Shown piece by piece: positions 51,889 through 55,042 of a DNA stretch of 55,042 bases. The stretch's first letter is position 1. Every line of letters begins with the position of its first letter. The notes beneath the pieces were generated by a model. That model did not search any database and was not told where the DNA came from. It saw only the letters and a list, made by a program, of their open reading frames with translations. Made by a program: the position numbers and the translations under genes. The stretch lies in assembly GCA_001938485.1 (NCBI GenBank), contig MQRK01209022.1, positions 1-55,042 on the forward strand, read 5' to 3'. Origin of the DNA: Girardia tigrina. Lineage: Eukaryota.

Positions 51889-52611
51889 NNNNNNNNNNNN
51901 NNNNNNNNNNNNNNNNNNNNNNNNNNNNNNNNNNNNNNNNNNNNNNNNNNNNNNNNNNNNNNNNNNNNNNNNNNNNNNNNNNNNNNNNNNNNNNNNNNNN
52001 NNNNNNNNNNNNNNNNNNNNNNNNNNNNNNNNNNNNNNNNNNNNNNNNNNNNNNNNNNNNNNNNNNNNNNNNNNNNNNNNNNNNNNNNNNNNNNNNNNNN
52101 NNNNNNNNNNNNNNNNNNNNNNNNNNNNNNNNNNNNNNNNNNNNNNNNNNNNNNNNNNNNNNNNNNNNNNNNNNNNNNNNNNNNNNNNNNNNNNNNNNNN
52201 NNNNNNNNNNNNNNNNNNNNNNNNNNNNNNNNNNNNNNNNNNNNNNNNNNNNNNNNNNNNNNNNNNNNNNNNNNNNNNNNNNNNNNNNNNNNNNNNNNNN
52301 NNNNNNNNNNNNNNNNNNNNNNNNNNNNNNNNNNNNNNNNNNNNNNNNNNNNNNNNNNNNNNNNNNNNNNNNNNNNNNNNNNNNNNNNNATATATATATA
52401 TATATATATATATATTATCGGCACTTTTAAATTGATCTTAAATACTGGATATTATTATTTGAATCTTCAAAGATATCACGAAAGATAAGATGAAGTCTAT
52501 CAAGATTTTTTTTAATCTCAAAAGAGTACGTCTTATATCCGGACTATGTTTAAATAAAAGAACATTCACATACATCTTGTTATATTGAAAATTTAATCGA
52601 TGTTATTATTA

Positions 52612-54200
52612 GGTTCGGTAGCACCCCAAAACCGTGAGAGACAAAACAGTGAAGACTTATATAAAATATTTATGGTATAAGATTCAATAATTTCATTCCA
52701 GCTGTTTATATTTTAACACGTAATCGTCCAGAGATATTTGGAACACTAATAAAAAAATGGAGCGGACGTTTCTTTCATCTAATCTAGTTTATTTTACGAA
52801 AGATTCAACAAATCCAAGATTTGAAGAAAAGTTATAATTCGAATTCTGCAAATTCCGGAATTAGGTTATATTGTTTCGAGTTCATTTTTGGTAGAATATG
52901 TAATTCAAAAACTATAGGATGATTTCGAAGAAGACCCTTTAAAATTAAAATAAAAGAGAAATTACTGAAAAATGTAAATAGAATTAGATTTAATTTCAAA
53001 TTGCGACTTTTTAATTGTGATTGCAAAAAAATGAATTATAATATACAAACAAAACTTATTGACAAAAAACTGAGTTAATTTTGTGATAAGATTTAATTAT
53101 TAAAAATATGTAATTAATTTAAAAAAGCTAAAAATTTTGTTTTAATAAGAAACTGAATAATGCGAATGTAACTTAAATAAAGAAAATGGGTGATGAAAAT
53201 ATATGTTGGTTTTATCGAATTGATTGTTCTTCTAATATGAATATTTTCATGGAATATTTTATACTTGGTTGTTTGCACGATCGGGCTTCTTCATGCCCGA
53301 AATAAGATCACCTTTTGTCGGAATCTTCCCAATATCGACAGGCGAGATGGCCGCCTGCGTCATCGTTATCGAGAGCCATCTCGACATAGTAAGTATTTAT
53401 TCGATTTCGATCGTTCGCGGGGCCGCTCGCGACAGGATTCCCAGGTTAATGAATGGAAGAATACTCTCGGTGAAGTCAGTTAGTACCGACGTCCGCAATT
53501 ACTAGCAGCCTCCCTATTGCAGTCTGGTAATTGCAATTGATTTTAATAAAATTTATGAGAAAAATATTTTATTCCGAAATATTTTTCAAAATAACTTTGA
53601 AAAATTTCGAGAATTTTGTTTTACTTTTCTCAATTCTGTCATTTTAAAAAACCAAACGATGATTAACGGCGGTAGTTCCTATGACTCGTTTTTACCGGCT
53701 TCTCAACCGATTTTTCAATCCGTTTTCACGCAACCGGCTGTTTCTTCGAATTTTATGCCGAAATCAGTTTTTGACGTCACTCAAAATTCCGGCTTGGATC
53801 CGTCCTTCCGAACTCGGATGCTATCTCGGACCAAACGGGGTACATCTAATGACGACAAAACCTTGTAATGGGAAGACACGAGAAAAAAAATCGGCGTTAC
53901 AGACCGCGTTTTGAGCATAAAATTTGGCACTGTTACGATGCTGTAAGAAAAAGAATTCTTAAAACGAATCATTCGATTGAGGGATGGCATCGAAAATTCA
54001 GATATTTACTGGGAACGAGTCATCCAAAAAATATAAGTGTTAATATAATTTTGTCTGTTTTTATTTATTTTTGTTTATATGCTATTTTCTGATTATTATT
54101 ATTCACGGTTTTGTCTTCGAGGTTTTGACTTCAGAGGTTTTGTCTTTCGATGTTTTGTCGTCGAAGTATTGTCTTTCGCGGTTTTGAGTCACCGGTTTTG
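52612..54200 (+). mobile_element. Mutator/MULE element remnant (TIR-like ends, transposase C-terminal fragment, foreign internal segments)
   Basis: Left end caaaaccgtgagagacaaaacagtgaa; right end tandem ttcg(a/c)ggttttgtc array (54102-54200). RRYRPRFEHKIWHCYD...KTNHSIEGWHRKF..LLGTSHP at 53868-54035 is a MULE C-terminal motif. Confidence 0.7.
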
Positions 54201-54664
54201 ACGTGATAATTCTCAATTGAAAAATCAGAAATTGCATTTAGTAAAACTTTTATTTAATAACAACAAAATATGTTTTTTAAACAAGTTTTTTGGAATAAAT
54301 TTTCCAGGAACACTTTATTTTTTCTCGCACAAACCATTTATACATAAAAATAATGAAGTTAAAATATAGGTACATAATTTAATATTTCATTTAATTTTAA
54401 AATTTTATTATTAAATTTACAAATAATAAATTTTAAATTTATAAATATTAATTTATAGTCTTAAAAAATTTTGTATTAGAATATTTTATTATTTTTTTGA
54501 AAATGTTTAATTTTAACTTCACTTACGTCAATTCGTTTTATTGCGTAATTTAATAAGTCTTACATTTTAAAATTTGTAATCAAGCGATTTTATTTCAAAG
54601 TGTATTAAAAATATATTTTATACATTTATATTTTTATGTATAAAAATATATAGGACATACATTA

Positions 54665-54950
54665 AGTTTGGGTTTTGGAGGAGAATGCTCGAAAATGACA
54701 TTGGAAGGTCAGGAAGATAGAGAAAGTTTACCCAGGACGTGATAACGTGTTCCGAGTTGTTGATGTCGCAATAGAGGGTAAAACACACCGAATGCTGGCC
54801 CATAAATTATGTAAATTGGAGTTAGATGACAACGACTCAACGCGTTCGAACGATTGAGACAACTCTGAGGAGGACGATGGAAGCAACGGGCGGAAAGAGA
54901 GTTGATCCTCCTGCGTTGAATTAAGGGGGGAGGATGTCCAATTTCGTTAC
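54665..54950 (+). mobile_element. BEL/Pao LTR retrotransposon 3' end (integrase C-terminal DUF5641-like, PPT, start of 3' LTR)
   Basis: VWVLEEN...W...KIEKVYPGRDNVFRVVDV...HKLCKLE, then AAGGGGGGAGGA|TGTCC at ~54923-54939. Confidence 0.85.
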
Positions 54951-55042
54951 AATAATTTAGTTTTTTTTACTAAATAATTGTTTTTTTTCATATAAAAGTA
55001 AAAAAAAATATTAAAAGATAAAAATAAATGATATATATATAT

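Noticed and set aside
53365-53400. Transferrin-like YLLCRDGSR on the minus strand
   Set aside because: Only nine residues followed by a stop; a chance match is likely.

Overview
AT-rich eukaryotic (animal-like) scaffold with many N gaps. It is mostly nested, decayed mobile elements, and I see no clearly intact host housekeeping gene. (AAT)n/(TA)n microsatellites, 38-50 nt introns and the element mix are compatible with a planarian-type genome, but that is inference only. Recognisable elements: (i) a Polinton/Maverick (adintovirus-like) remnant at 631-1705 (-), with a major capsid protein C-terminus, an adenain protease and a DEDD-like gene, the last two each split by a short GT-AG intron that the ORF track misses; (ii) an intronless 438-aa REX4/ISG20-like DEDDh exonuclease ORF with an atypical N-terminus; (iii) a Ty3/gypsy gag-pro-RT remnant interrupted by a 1269-bp TG...CA insertion with a 5-bp TSD; (iv) several Penelope-like elements with hammerhead ribozyme motifs, one with inverted pLTRs; (v) an RTE-like LINE, two hAT elements, and Tc1/mariner, pogo, MULE, Helitron and BEL/Pao remnants; (vi) CpG-rich mosaics of short host gene fragments (NCKAP1/Hem and NDUFS4 identifiable) next to Penelope and MULE sequence; (vii) an hnRNP A1-like pseudogene, a divergent ubiquitin-like domain ending in LRGG, and a DSL-like exon. 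All family assignments come from manual translation and motif recognition; no database search was run.
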